A DNA stretch of 64,000 nucleotides from Geosiphon pyriformis uo1 (taxonomy: Eukaryota; Fungi; Glomeromycota), in NCBI GenBank assembly GCA_016748015.1, contig JAAOMT010000134.1, forward strand, positions 812,757 to 876,756, in the 5' to 3' direction. Positions 40,074 to 52,955 of the stretch are shown here, in pieces (position 1 is the stretch's first letter; every line of letters begins with the position of its first letter). The notes beneath the pieces were generated by a model. The model was not told where the DNA came from. It did not search any database and saw only the letters and a program-made list of their open reading frames with translations. Position numbers and translations under genes: made by a program.

Positions 40074-43000
40074 ATGACTGCACAAATAAGCGCGCTGAGG
40101 CGTTCGGGAGCTTGTTTCACTGCTAATTCATTCATACTTAACCAGAAACACATTAGACTACCCCATACTTCGATTTATACCCGAAGTTTTCATTCGTCAT
40201 GGATCACTTTATACAACAATCCTAAAGAAACCAAAATAGATTATGGGAAGGAAAGTTGCCCCATCATTCTTAAATTCTAGCTATTTTCTGAGGCAATAAA
40301 ATCTTGCTGACTTAAAATCAGTTAAATCATCCGAATTCTCGCGCCATTCTCTCATAAATTTGCCTTTATATTATGTACTTAATAGACTTTTGATAAAATC
40401 CTTATAGCTAACCGGGGGGAAATAGCTGTACGCGTTATTCGGACGGCTAAAAAAATGGGAATCAAAACTGTTGCAATTTATTCTGATGCCGACACTCGCA
40501 GCTTACATGTTCGTTTGGCAGACGAGGCCGTCAATGTGGTTGGTATCCCAAAAGCAGAAAAAATCTTTATTATAGGTTATTGATTTTTCTGGCATTCTCG
40601 AGTATAGGGTCCCGCCCCAACAAACCAAAGCTATTTGAACCTACCTGTAATTTTAAAAGCAGTTAAAGATACTGGGGCTCAAGCAGTCCATCCAGGTAAA
40701 TCCTGCATTTCAATGATTCAGTATTTATTTCATTTCAGCTCTGATTCCATTTGATAAAGTCTTTTTTAGGATATGGCTTCCTTTCCGAAAACTCGACTTT
40801 TGTTAAGGCTCTCGATGAAATAGGGGTCACATTCATTGGACCTGGGGAGGACGCAATGAGGGCTATGGGTGATAAGATAAGAAGTAAACTTATTGCAAAG
40901 GCAGCTGGAGTTAATGTGATTCCTGGATACGATGGCGTTTGTGAGAACGCAGATCATGCCCTAAAGATTGGTAAGAATTTAATTCTAAGTTTATATCATT
41001 ATTATCCAGGAGCTTCATTCAGCCGGCATTCATACTTCTCGCTGCTACCGTGTTTATGGAAATTAAATTTTCAGAGCGAAATAAAAACTTGGCTACACAT
41101 CAGCACTAATTAGATTCTTCTTTAGCATGCGAAATCGGCTACCCAGTCATGCTAAAAGCTTCTGGAGGTGGTGGTGGTAAAGGCATGCGTATCGCATGGT
41201 ATGGTGGTGTGATCTACTGATTTAAAATTACATTTTGGAAATAAATTTTGATGAACCCCTTATCTTGTAGGAATGATAGAGAAGTCCGGGAAGGTTTCAA
41301 ACTTGCAACGCAAGAGTCGATGTCTAGTTTTGGCGATAATAGGTTATTGGTTGAAAAGTATGTTGACAACCCACGTCACATAGAAATACAAATTCTTGGC
41401 GACAAATTCGGGAATTGTGTGTACTTACCTGAAAGAGAATGTTCAATTCAACGAAGAAATCAAAAGGTGAATAGAATACCATAATATTTCTCATGTTAAC
41501 TCATGCTGAATTGGTTCTCGGCTTTTCATAGGTTATTGAAGAGGCGCCAAGCACCCATCTTAATGAAGCTACAAGAAACGCAATGGGAAAGCAAGCAATC
41601 GCTCTCGCCAAAAATGTTAATTACTCTTCGGCTGGTACAGTCGAATTTCTGGTGGATGCTCAAAGAAACTTTTATTTCCTCGAAATGAACACACGCCTCC
41701 AGGTAGAACATCCAATTACTGAATATATTACAGGTTTAGACTTGGTGGAGCAAATGATTCGAATAGCTGCCAATCAAAGACTAGGATTTAGACAAGAGGA
41801 TATAAAATTCCATGGGTGGGCGATCGAATCCCGGGTCTATGCCGAGGACCCTGAAAAATATTTGCCATCGATTGGTCGTCTTAGTAAATATATCGAGCCA
41901 GTTAGTCTAAAAGATAAATCAAAAGTCCGTTGTGATTCTGGAGTTGTTGAAGGAAGTGAAATTAGCATCTATTATGATCCTTTGATTTGTAAACTCTCGA
42001 CATACGGTGAAACGAGAGATGAAGCCATTGAGGTCATGAAACGGGCTTTAGATTCCTATGTAATTAAAGGTATTACTATTTTGTTACATTGACAGAAAAT
42101 ATAAAAGCAAATCTGGATAACTCAAATATTTAATATTCAACAGGTGTGACCCATAATGTGCCCTTGCTACGCGAGGTGATAGGAAGCCCAAGATTTCAAT
42201 CTGGTTTAATTTCGACCAAGTTTTTAGCGGAAGAATACCCAACAGGTTTTAAGGGTCATACACTCAACCAAAAATCACTTTTTCATCTTGCATCCGTTGC
42301 TGCGCTAGTTCACGCTAAACGAGATGTAAGAAACTGGTGCTGGGGTGAGGGCAAAGAAGCCTTATTGAAAGGTAATCAGATTGGAAAAGCTCCTCATAAA
42401 TGGGATCTCTGGGTGAGAATAAATAATGGGATTGCTGGAGTCGAAAGTGTTCCGGTACGAATTGAACGAAAGAGCGAAAATTTACAACACACCGATAAAT
42501 TTGAGGTCAGTAAACTGCTTATCATTTTTTGAATTACCAGGTAGATCTTCAAGAAATTTTCTGATTGAAAATGTTAATTTAGGTAAAACTACTAGGTTAT
42601 CCACCAACCCTCATAGATGCCAGTTGGCCACTTGAATCGCCACTCATCGACGCCCACTTTCAAATTCCCGACCAGTCCGATGAAAAAATTACTGTGCAAT
42701 ATTTAGACCCCTTACCGGTTGGCTTTCGTCTTCAACATTTAGGAACAAAATTCGATATCACAGTGTACACTAACCGACAACACGAATTATTGAAATATAT
42801 GATCGAGAAGCCCAAAAGAGATTTGACCAAATTTATATTGGCACCTATGCCTGGTAGTGTCATAAGCCTTGCGGTGAAAGAAGGCGATGAGGTAATCTAC
42901 CCTCATTTATTATGATGTCAATTAAGAATCCTAAATATCTAACAAATTCCCTCATTCTTCTCTTCACTTTTTAGGTAAGCGAAGGCGCGGAACTTGCCGT

Positions 43001-43154
43001 TGTTGAAGCTATGAAGATGCAAAATGTTTTACGAGCAGCTCGAATTGGAAAAGTGAAAAAGATTTATGTTAAGCCTGGGGACGCAGTGGCTGCTGATGAA
43101 GTAATGATCGAGTTCGAAAATGATGCGCCAAAAAAAGAAAAGAACACAACATAA
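40074..43154 (+). CDS. PCCA: Propionyl-CoA carboxylase alpha chain, mitochondrial (biotin carboxylase plus biotin carrier; multi-exon)
   Basis: Presequence; [72 protein letters not shown] biotinylation site; stop 43152-43154. Confidence 0.95.
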
Positions 43155-43316
43155 ACTAGTCCTCGATTATTCTTAATGAAAATTATGATTTTGTATGTAT
43201 TAATATAGGCAATTGAAATATAGAATCACTAAAGGGAATGAAAAAGCTCGTCCAGCGGGTGCATATGAAGCAAGATTCGACACAAACTTTGTTTTATAAA
43301 AGAGCATCTATGACTC

Positions 43317-43664
43317 TTATAAACCAATTCTTTGAGCTGTCGTTATATTCTTCCTCTTGTTTCTGATCACCTCAGTTCCAACAATTGGGTGACCTTCAAT
43401 TTGGAACTGCTGCTGTTGTTTGCCATCCATTTCCTGTTGTTGTCCTTCGGGCAATAGCTCACTTTCGTCCGCAACAAGGCCATTAGTACTTTCACCGCCT
43501 CTATTTGCGCCTTGCTCCTCTAACTCGACACTTTTCCGTTTCCCCTTCCCAATAGTTTGAGTTCTCTGAGTTGCAAGGTACCGATGGTACTCCTCACGAA
43601 GTCGTTCAAGACAGTCTATGTCTTCTTGTCGAAGATCCAAACGAGTCGGGTTGCGACGTAACAT
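43317..43664 (-). CDS. CDC26: Anaphase-promoting complex subunit Cdc26/APC12
   Basis: Single exon; N-terminal MLRRNPTRLDLRQEDI matches the Cdc26 signature MLRRxPTRxxLxxxDI; C-terminal RIG motif. Confidence 0.85.
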   Translation of the reverse strand: MLRRNPTRLDLRQEDIDCLERLREEYHRYLATQRTQTIGKGKRKSVELEEQGANRGGESTNGLVADESELLPEGQQQEMDGKQQQQFQIEGHPIVGTEVIRNKRKNITTAQRIGL

Positions 43665-43699
43665 GTATGAAAATTTGGGTCAAAGTTATTGAACCAACT

Positions 43700-44730
43700 T
43701 TAATAATAATTATAATTATTATTATTATTATGTTTATTAAATTTGTTTGCAATAATTTTTAGTTATTAAATATTTTGCTTATTATTTTTAATATATAGTA
43801 TTTAACAACAAAATAAATAGAAAAAGTATAAAAAAAATTACAATTATTTTTTATTTTATAAAATGGATGAATCTAAATGGAACACCTTGTTCCAGGAGCA
43901 GAATTTTATTGGTTATTAAAAAACGTGATACATAATAATTTTGATTGGGCGAAAAAGTAATAATCATAATTAAATAAAGAAAATGTATGAATAAAAAATG
44001 TGTAAATTTTCCTAATATTTGGTTTTTGAATGTTTCTTTTGTTATAAAATTAGTGAATTTTTAATTGGTTCAGATTTATTTTTCTTGTTTGTATTATTAG
44101 CTTGAATTTCAGAGAGTTTTTGAAAATTTTGATTTTAAATTTAGTAAATTTAACTGCTATTTCTTTATGCTAATTAATAAATTCTTTTAACTATAATAAT
44201 ATTTCATAGTTATTATAATCAACAATAAATTAAACAGTATTTTATATTAGTTTTTATACTTTTTTATATTTAACTTTTTATTATATCACATAATATAAAA
44301 TACATATTAATATTTTATTTGAATAATTTTTTATTGATTTTTAGTTCACAAAACAACAAACATTTATGATTATATTATTGTTTTTTTGCTTATTATTATA
44401 TTATCAAATAGATATTATTTGAATATAAAATTTTATAATTTTTAAATATATTATTTTAAAATAATAATAACAAATAATATTATTAAATATATTAAATATA
44501 CATAAATAAAAATAAGAAATAAAATTAATTATTATTATAAAATATAAATATGTATTTTTAAATAATATGTTTTTGATTTTTTTAAGTTTTTAAATATTTT
44601 TTTTATTAACTTTAACAATTATTGATTTTAAAATAATTTGTTTAATATTATATAAATTTTCAATAAATTTATTATTATATTAATATTAAGATTTTAAAGA
44701 TAATAAAATATGAAAAATAAGATATTTGAT
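43700..44730. other. Extremely AT-rich block between the gene island and the TE nest
   Basis: Composition, no coding signal. Confidence 0.65.
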
Positions 44731-44870
44731 TATTTTTTTTTTTTTTTATTATGCTTAACGAGTAAAATCCAAACACGACCTAGTGCTATACATCAAAGAA
44801 ATAATCTAAACTAGGCATAAATCATGCATTTTCCACATGTGACCAGTCACTTGGGCCAATCAAAACAATA

Positions 44871-47800
44871 CTATGCAGCTATATAAACAGAAACTGGATT
44901 ACCTATATTAGAAAAAAACAAACAAAACTTGTGAAAGCCAAAACAAACACCAACAGTATCAGCTATACCAAGTAATTTAACCACACCAGTAGAAAATTTC
45001 AAAACCGAACCAGAAACTGAGATAATAGCTGAACCATCAATTAGAATCAACCTATTTTTCTCTATATAAGTATGATGCTTAGCACAAATTGACTAAACAC
45101 CAATTTTGAATGCAAGACCAAGAGAATGCACAAATTTGACAATCTCCAAACTGGCAATTTTGAAATCATAGAAGATGGAAACAGCCTCGCAAAACCAACC
45201 ATCAAAAACAAAACCTTTATAAAGAGCCGTAAACACAGAAAAATCAGAGATGTAGGATAACAACAGCTACAATATGCCCAAAGAGGAATGAAAGAGACCA
45301 AAAACCACCTTTCAGAAATTCACATGAAACTCCAACAAATGATGCTAAGCAGATTCATCAACCTTACAAGAGAACACATGATTTGACACCTCCACTTTAC
45401 CACAATATAAGCACAATACACTAGGGTACAGCCTATTATAAAGACACTTCCAAACAGCAACCAGTAGCCAGTAATGCAAAGCTTTCATGAAATATGTGCA
45501 TGCATTAGCCAAGGGTTTGCTGGTAAAACTGGTAGCCATGTTCAAATCAGGATATCACACCAATAATGAGTGACACCAATCAACTTTTAATAGCAAACTG
45601 CCAGCCAAAAACTTAGAACCAGAACCAACCTTTCAGCATACATGGCAAACTGAATGATAAATATCACAAACAAAATGTCTAAAATTGTCAGAAACAATAC
45701 TACCATCAGCAATCAAGAAGTGTTCATCCAGACGAGAAGAAAGATACCAATCAGAAAAAAAAGCGGCACCAGCAAATGCATCAGCACACTCATTCTCTGA
45801 AATACCAGAGTAACTTTTTATCTTATGTCAGCTAACTCTTAAATTCTTACCATGAATAACATTGACTATATGATAACACTTGACTCAACATTAATTACAA
45901 AAGTCAGAACATGCCAACCTCAATTTTGACTTACAAACATCTAAAGCAGATTGACTATCCAAAAACAGTTGAACAGAGCTCGATAAGAGAACACACTCCA
46001 GAGCCAGTGCAATAGCCTGCAATTTCACCAATATAGATGACATCAAACCCAACACACTAATTTCCAAACCCAAACCAATGTTCTCAAAATAAGCAGCAGT
46101 GCCAGCTCTACAGCTGGCTGTGCCTAGATTATTAAAAGACCTATTCATGTATACAGACAAGCTGCTAGTACTAGCCTGTGAGAGATGATCACAAACAGAC
46201 ACAAAATTACTAGATTCAAAAATGTTCAAAAGTCCAACACCATATAATACCAAGAAAAGAGCAGAAGAGAAACTTACACTATTGAGAAATACAATAGAAA
46301 GCTTGAACCACTTAAGAACGGGACCACGAGGGTCTAATCTTTTCCAACACTTGAAAGTATACCAATTAAATACAGCACCATGATGATCACAAAGTTGGTC
46401 AACAAAAGCAATACCATGCTGCCGAAGAGAAAGGAGAAACCTAAAAAACTTTAACTCATCCAGAACAGCAGACATTAGAACTCCACCATGGAATTAAAAG
46501 GAAGTGGCCAAAGAGCCACCCAGAGATAAATTGCAATCAAAAAGAACACGAACCATGTCTGCCAAGAAATTATTAGAAGTACTGACATAAATACAGACAG
46601 GGAAACTCAGTAGATGGACAGAATTTCAACATAAAACTTGCAAGTCATGGGACCTGTAAGAAAACAAGTGACCCACAACACTACCAGAGTTCGCAAAACT
46701 AACAAGGGAAGCAACTTTACTTTCAGACTGAACTTGAAAGAAAGATTTCAAACCATAAAAAAAAGAATTGTGAATTGTATCACTAAGAAAATTGAGTGGT
46801 AGACCAGATTTAAGCTTCAAGCTTTTGCAAATAAGAGCATCTCATTTGTTGCACACTCCAACAGGAACAAAGCTAAACTGTGTTCTATAGCTAATAATAA
46901 GATGAAGAACTACCAACACCAGATATAAAAGCTGTTTATCTGAGACAGCTTTTCACAGAACCAGATTGGTGAAAAAACAAATGTCCGAATTTGCCTTAGC
47001 CAAACTAGGCTTTGAAAGACCCTTAGTTGAAAGAAAAACACCTAAATACCGATAAAGTTCACTCTTTTTGGCAATAGATATTGGTAAGCCATTAATAGAC
47101 AGAGAAAAATTGTCAACTCTGCTATTAATAAAAATGACCACTGTTTTGTCATTATTAATAGAAATATTATTTATCTGAAAAAATTTACTAGCAACATTAA
47201 GAATGTGTTAAGTGGTACTTTAACTATTACCAACCCAAATAGTATTATCAAAAAAAGTGCCAGCAGCAAAAAAAAAAGAAAATTCAGCCTGAAATTTGGC
47301 ACTCCCATTTTTGGAAACAAAATAAGAATTCAATCTATATCCACACACACTCTTCTGATGCTTGACTTCACATAACAGTGGATCATAAAATATATGCCAC
47401 AGAAGGTAAAAAAATATCTCTCCCTAGTCCAAACTATCATGTACCCAATAATCATCTGTTAAACCAAAATCTGTCATAACGCAATTGGTACAATCTTTGT
47501 AAATACCACTGAAAAAATGAATGAACTTGTTGCACATCTTAATCCTAATTAAACTCTTTTTGAGATGCTCCCAGCCAACCGAATTGTATGCCTTTTTCAT
47601 ATTCTGTAAAACCATCCAAAATTCCCGATTCTTTTCCAAAGCATCTTCAATAACTGAGCCAATAGCAAAAATGGGAGACTGAGTTATTGTACCTTTCAGA
47701 ACCAAAAAATTGTCTTTACGAAGAATGTCAAAAGTGCTGCATACCAAAAAAATCCTATCAGAGAGAATTTTGGAGAGAATTTTACAAGTCATCTTAATTA

Positions 47801-49559
47801 AAGCAATAGGTCGAGTATTTGTAAGAACACTCTCCCAATTATATGGTTTAGAAATCATCGAGACCCAAGCTTTTTTTCAAGAACTAGGCACAAATTCACC
47901 AAACAAACAAAAGTTCAAAAGCATTAAAAGCATATCCAGAACTGCTTTATTACAATGTTTCCAAAGCTCATTCAATATACCTAAGAGACCAGCAGCTTTA
48001 CCATCAGACAGAGAAAAGATCACTTTAAACAATTCATCAAACTCAATTAAACACATAACATCAGAAAAAACTTCATTAAAAACATACTTCAAAGGTTGAT
48101 ATTGATAACACCAATCACCAGAAATATCATCAACCATGCGATGCTTTCTAGTCCAACTCTCCATAATAATGTCCACCTTAAATTTAACCAAATCAAGTTC
48201 TAGGATAAGTTCATCATCAACAACCAGATAATCAAAAACCACTTTGCAAAATGGGCACTTTAGCACACTTCTAATTGTATGACTCTTATTTATCTCAAAG
48301 CTCTCCATTCTCTTATCTATAGCAGCTCTGATGGTTGTCTTCTTAGCCCTTAAAGATTCAACAAGTTTGGATGTATGATAAGCCTTTCTAGCACCACAAA
48401 AAGCAGAACAAATGCAACCAGAGCCTGCACCAGAATCCATAACATCTTGAATAACTGAAGCCTTAACATTGTTCAAAGAAGCCCAGCACTTCATAAGAGA
48501 ATTAAAATTCACAACATTCTTCTTATGTGAAGTCTTAACAATTTTAGAAACCAAAAGTTCTAATTTGTGATACCTTGAAGATTCTCTGGTGAAGACATTA
48601 TCAAAGCCCTTAAACCACCTCTTCTTGAACACCTCATTAACCAAGAGAACTATTATCTTGCAAACAACATCCCACATTTCATTCAGATCTGAAAACCTTA
48701 TAGCTGTGACAAACTCATCTGAGAACATCAATACATTGGCCAATATAGCATTACCAAAATCTTTCTATTTAGCTTCATTAGCACTCTTGAAATTAAACTT
48801 CCAATAATCTCTATTTGCTTGCTTGCAAAGAGAGTTTAGCCATGTATCCAAAAGTCCACCCAAATCCACAGACATAAACACAGCCTGATGGTCAGTATTA
48901 AAAAATTTCCCAATGTCAAACACATTTTAATCTGCCACAGTATTGACCAAATTTGAAAAAATAAACAAAAAATCAATCATCTTAGCCACACCACAAGAGT
49001 TAGCCCATGTTAGCATTTTTACATAAGAACATTTACTTAAAGAATTAACCAAATCAAAATCCAGACACTTTTTGAAATTGACACACTTATAAGAGTTATC
49101 TTCATTGAAGTCACCACCTAGAATTACAAAAGAGAACTCATTTATGGCTTTAGCAATCATAGAATTAATATTACCAGCTTGAGAAAACTGAGCCACCAAA
49201 GAAGCACCAGCATAGAGCCCCAGAATTAAAACAGAAAGTTTATTTTTGAAGAGTAACTTAAGAGAGATGAGCCAACCAGGAACCTCAGAATCTTTACACA
49301 CATGTTTTGCCAAAGAAATGTCTATGATAATTGCAACACCAGAACCCAAATAGCCAGAGTTCAAACCAGAAGTGAAAACCTGAACACCATTAAACTTATT
49401 CATAATTTATAGGTGAATTTTACCCTTTAACTTAGTCTCAGTAACAACAGTAATCAAATTGTTCTGTTTTTTATGTCAACAAATTATATTATTCTGTTTT
49501 GCAGGATTGTTCATGCCCCTAATATTGCATGTGGCAACCTTCCAAATTGACACACTTAT
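44871..49559 (-). pseudogene. LINE ORF2 (endonuclease, reverse transcriptase, RNase H, zinc finger), many stops
   Basis: WKVATCNIRGM, ETKL, ILGGDFN, IDFLF, TDH (APE); RPIALI, NMKKAYNSV, FFDNTIW, YRYLGV (RT); VYMNRS, LQAIALALE, LDSQSAL (RNase H); CLYCGKVEVSNHVFSC. Confidence 0.88.
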
Positions 49560-51499
49560 TAAGAAGCAGAAGAAGCTGACATACTCAAATCTGAACACAA
49601 ATGGTCTAATTTATCCAAAATAGACTCAACTGAAACTTTCAAAGCCATCATCTTGAATTTCAAACCACTGACTTTGGTGGTCAAAACCTTAGAACTGCTT
49701 GAACTTAAGCCAGTAGTTGTATCATTGACGACCTAAAAAGGAGAAGCAGAAATCACCAAAGCACTATTCAAAATCATATTCATATTCAAACTACAGACCA
49801 CAGACACAAGAACCATTGGAGAAAAAACAACAGATGTGACCACTGGGAGCACCAATTCTATGGAACCCAATTTCTTCAAAATACCAAAGACTTGATCAGC
49901 CAAAAATTCAAGAGAGCATTCCAAAGATGCTAGATGACTATACAAGCCATGGTCACTAAGGGGAACAAAAGCAAATATAGATGTCCCAGTAACAAGGGAT
50001 GGATTAGCACTAAAAGAAACTGAGAGGACCACACGAGAAAAAAAACCACCAGCTACTTGAGCCCAAGTTTTGCCACCAAAAGAAACTGAACAGACAATAG
50101 GGGCCTGTTTTTTCTTATAAATACCAGCTAAGCAGACCTGATCTTGATTAGTTACCACCTGCTTCCCATGAATACTAGAATTTCTACCAACTGAACACAC
50201 ATCAGAAATATGACCAAATTGTTTACATTTGGTGCAACAAGCCAGAAAAAGACCAGTTCATCACAGATTCACACACTAAAAAACCAGAACAGAACCAATA
50301 GCAGCCAACTTGAATGCTTTATCAGCAAAACAAACCACAGCACATCTGTTACATATATAGAAATTGAGATTATGGCCAATAAAACAGGTTTTCCCATCAT
50401 ATGAATCTAATAAACCAGACAAATTATAAGCAATAGTGCCAACTGGCAAAGTATAGAGCAAAGCCCTATGCTGATCTCTTGAAACTCATGATTGTTTATT
50501 ACCAATAGCTTTTGCTACCTGAACAGAATTCTTTCTCATAGAAACAGACCAATTAGCTGTGACCAACTCAGCAATTTCAGATGATTTATATTTAACCAAA
50601 GCTTTTTGTCACAGGCCAATCAATTGTATCTTGATTGACACAATCTTTCCAAACTTAGAAAACACAGATTCCACAGCCGATTTGAGAAGATCAACTGGAA
50701 TCTTCTTGATAATCACTTTCCGATCCAAATGACTGTTTACTTTCTTTATCTCATTATTAACCAGAATTTTCTTACTAATAGCCAATTCTTTTGTCTTTTT
50801 TAAACTAAATTCCAAAATGAAAGATGACCTGATAATACCTGGAAATTTTGAGGGAGTAAAGGCTTCCCCAAAACCATCCACATGATAAAAAAATTTTTTC
50901 ACACAAATCAACTTATCACTAATTGTCTTACCAGGCACAGCCAAAAGTTCAATGTCAAGTGCAAAAAATTTTGATGAATTGAAGCTCTGTTTCTTCGGAG
51001 CACATGATTCGAGTGGTGGCAGCTTATTGGACCCCAAAACCACATGAGAAAGAAGTACTTGTTCACTATCATCATCACTCATACAGTTGAATGAAGACTG
51101 CTTTGGCAGGTTTCCCAATATATATGTACGGGTGTGAGTTTTTCTCGGTATAGTCTCATCCATATCATTGTTTTCACCTGATTTTACATAGCTGGTTTCT
51201 TTGGCTACCATGTTTACCATATTTTTGACATCTGAAAGTTTGCTCACACTACTAGTAATACTGCCAACTTTGCTGCCTCAAGACACCACAGACTTGACGC
51301 CAACACCACCAATATCTCCCAAGCTCAGAGGGCCTGCAGACAAATCAACCATGTTGCTGGCTATGGTTTTTTTCATTTTCTTGTATAATGCACCATGGGA
51401 GTAGACAGTATCTAAGCAATTCTTTTTAGCATTTAGGCGGGTCCCCAAATCAGCCAAAACTAAGCCAGAATCACTAGCAGACGAGCCTACCAGTTCCAT
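49556..51499 (-). pseudogene. LINE ORF1 (RRM-like regions and CCHC zinc knuckle)
   Basis: IKKIPVDLLKSAVESVFSKFGKIVSIKI; CTKCKQFGHISDVC; colinear with the second copy. Confidence 0.8.
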
Positions 51500-52044
51500 T
51501 ATGACAAAAGAGATTGTGTTAGAAGAAATGACTTGAATGTACTGAAGGAAAAAAAATAAAATAAAGCAATTTCTCCTATAATTCTTTCACTTTTATAGTG
51601 GCCAGAAAATTGACAACTTGATTATTTATTGTTAATTTTTAAAAAATTATTATAATTAATTAATATTATTTTTATACAAAAAAACTTAATTTAATATTTA
51701 AAAAAAAATTTTTATTGGATTTTAACTTGAAATTTTAAATCCAATATATTAGCAAAATTATACAAATTATTATTTATTATTAATATATATTTAATAATAT
51801 TAAAAAAATCTTTTTTTTCATTAATTCCCTGGCCATAATAAAAACTAAGAATTATTAATAGAAATACACTTTTTCTCCTCTTTTTTTCCCTAGTTTTTAT
51901 AGTTATTTCTTTTAATGTAACTCTTTTTATTGCTATGGATTCAGTAAGTTTTTTTGCTGGTGGTTCTGGTTCTGTTTTGGCTGGATTGGAGATTCAGTCC
52001 AGTACTAAAAAAAAAGTGCATGTAGAAAGTGTTTACTTTCATGA

Positions 52045-52877
52045 TGTTACAGTTCAAGAATTTAATAGGAATTATAAATAATATAAATTAGCCAATCATG
52101 AAATAGCACAGCAACAATTTATAAAAAGAAATGATTTACAAATAACAGCAAGCACTATTTTACAATAGCAGCAAGCACTATTATACAAAAGCAGCAAGCA
52201 TTATTGTGCAAAAGCAGCAAGCACTATTTCATAATAGCAGTAAGTACTATTTAGAAATAACAAAAATAGAGTATTACAAGACATTATTTTGTAAAACAAT
52301 AATTATATATATATATAATAGTTTTTAATGATGAAGAAAAACAGCTTCAACTAGAAGCAACAAGTATCTAAATAAAATTTTATTCAAAAAGAATTAAAAA
52401 AAATAATAATAAATTGAATGAACATCACAATTACGAGATTAACAATAGAATTCACATACCTTCTCTAGTAAATGAAACTATCATTACATCTCTGTACTCT
52501 TTGGAAGAATAATCTTTGATCAAGATTATTTATGTAGTTACTAATTAAATTAAAAAAAAAGCTTTATTATATACTTAGAAAAATCATGAAAAGACTATTA
52601 ACATTCCATTAGAGAAACACATTAGGCAATTGCAAGGATAATCTCAGAGAAGACTCCAGACAGTGTGTAGATTTCAGATTAGCCTCTAAAAAAAAGTACA
52701 CAACATACAAAGACAACTAGAATTAAAGAGAAGACTTACATCACAACATCAAGAGAAAATTTTCAGTACATTATTATTAATATCTAACACATAAAATAGA
52801 AGAACTCACAAGAGACTAATTGCAATTAAAACGGAAAATCAACAATTAAAATATACCAAAAAAACACTCCCATAACA
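52045..52877 (+). repeat. 5' LTR (833 bp) with five 23-bp tandem units
   Basis: TGTTACAG...CATAACA; aligns end to end with 59118-59881. Confidence 0.93.
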
Positions 52878-52879
52878 TT

Positions 52880-52896
52880 TGGTGAACTCTATGAAG
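52880..52896 (+). promoter_or_regulatory. Primer binding site
   Basis: TGGTGAACTCTATGAAG, 2 nt after the 5' LTR; TGG is complementary to the tRNA CCA end; cognate tRNA not determined. Confidence 0.7.
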
Positions 52897-52955
52897 AAAA
52901 AAAATCAAAAAAAAATAATAATTAGCAATAATTTATTGCTAAAAAAAAAAAAAAA

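Larger units (their letters stand above)
44733..51605 (-). mobile_element. Full-length but inactivated non-LTR retrotransposon (LINE with APE, RT, RNase H, CCHC)
   Basis: Poly(A) tail (T-run 44733-44747), two degenerate ORFs, and a 5' end CTGGCCA shared with the second copy at ~51829. Confidence 0.92.

Noticed and set aside
37086-43154. Alternative annotation as 3-methylcrotonyl-CoA carboxylase
   Set aside because: Beta-chain motifs (FVEHxCxDFGM, QEGVxSLAGY, [14 protein letters not shown]) are PCC-type
44710-44732. Possible LINE target-site duplication with 51606-51626 (shared AAAAT...TTGATTATT)
   Set aside because: The middle positions mismatch and the context is AT-rich, so chance similarity cannot be excluded
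52144-52258. Repeat-spacer look of the 16-bp constant plus 7-bp variable units (CRISPR-like)
   Set aside because: The variable parts are only 7 nt and related to each other, the array lies inside an LTR, and there are no cas genes; it is a minisatellite
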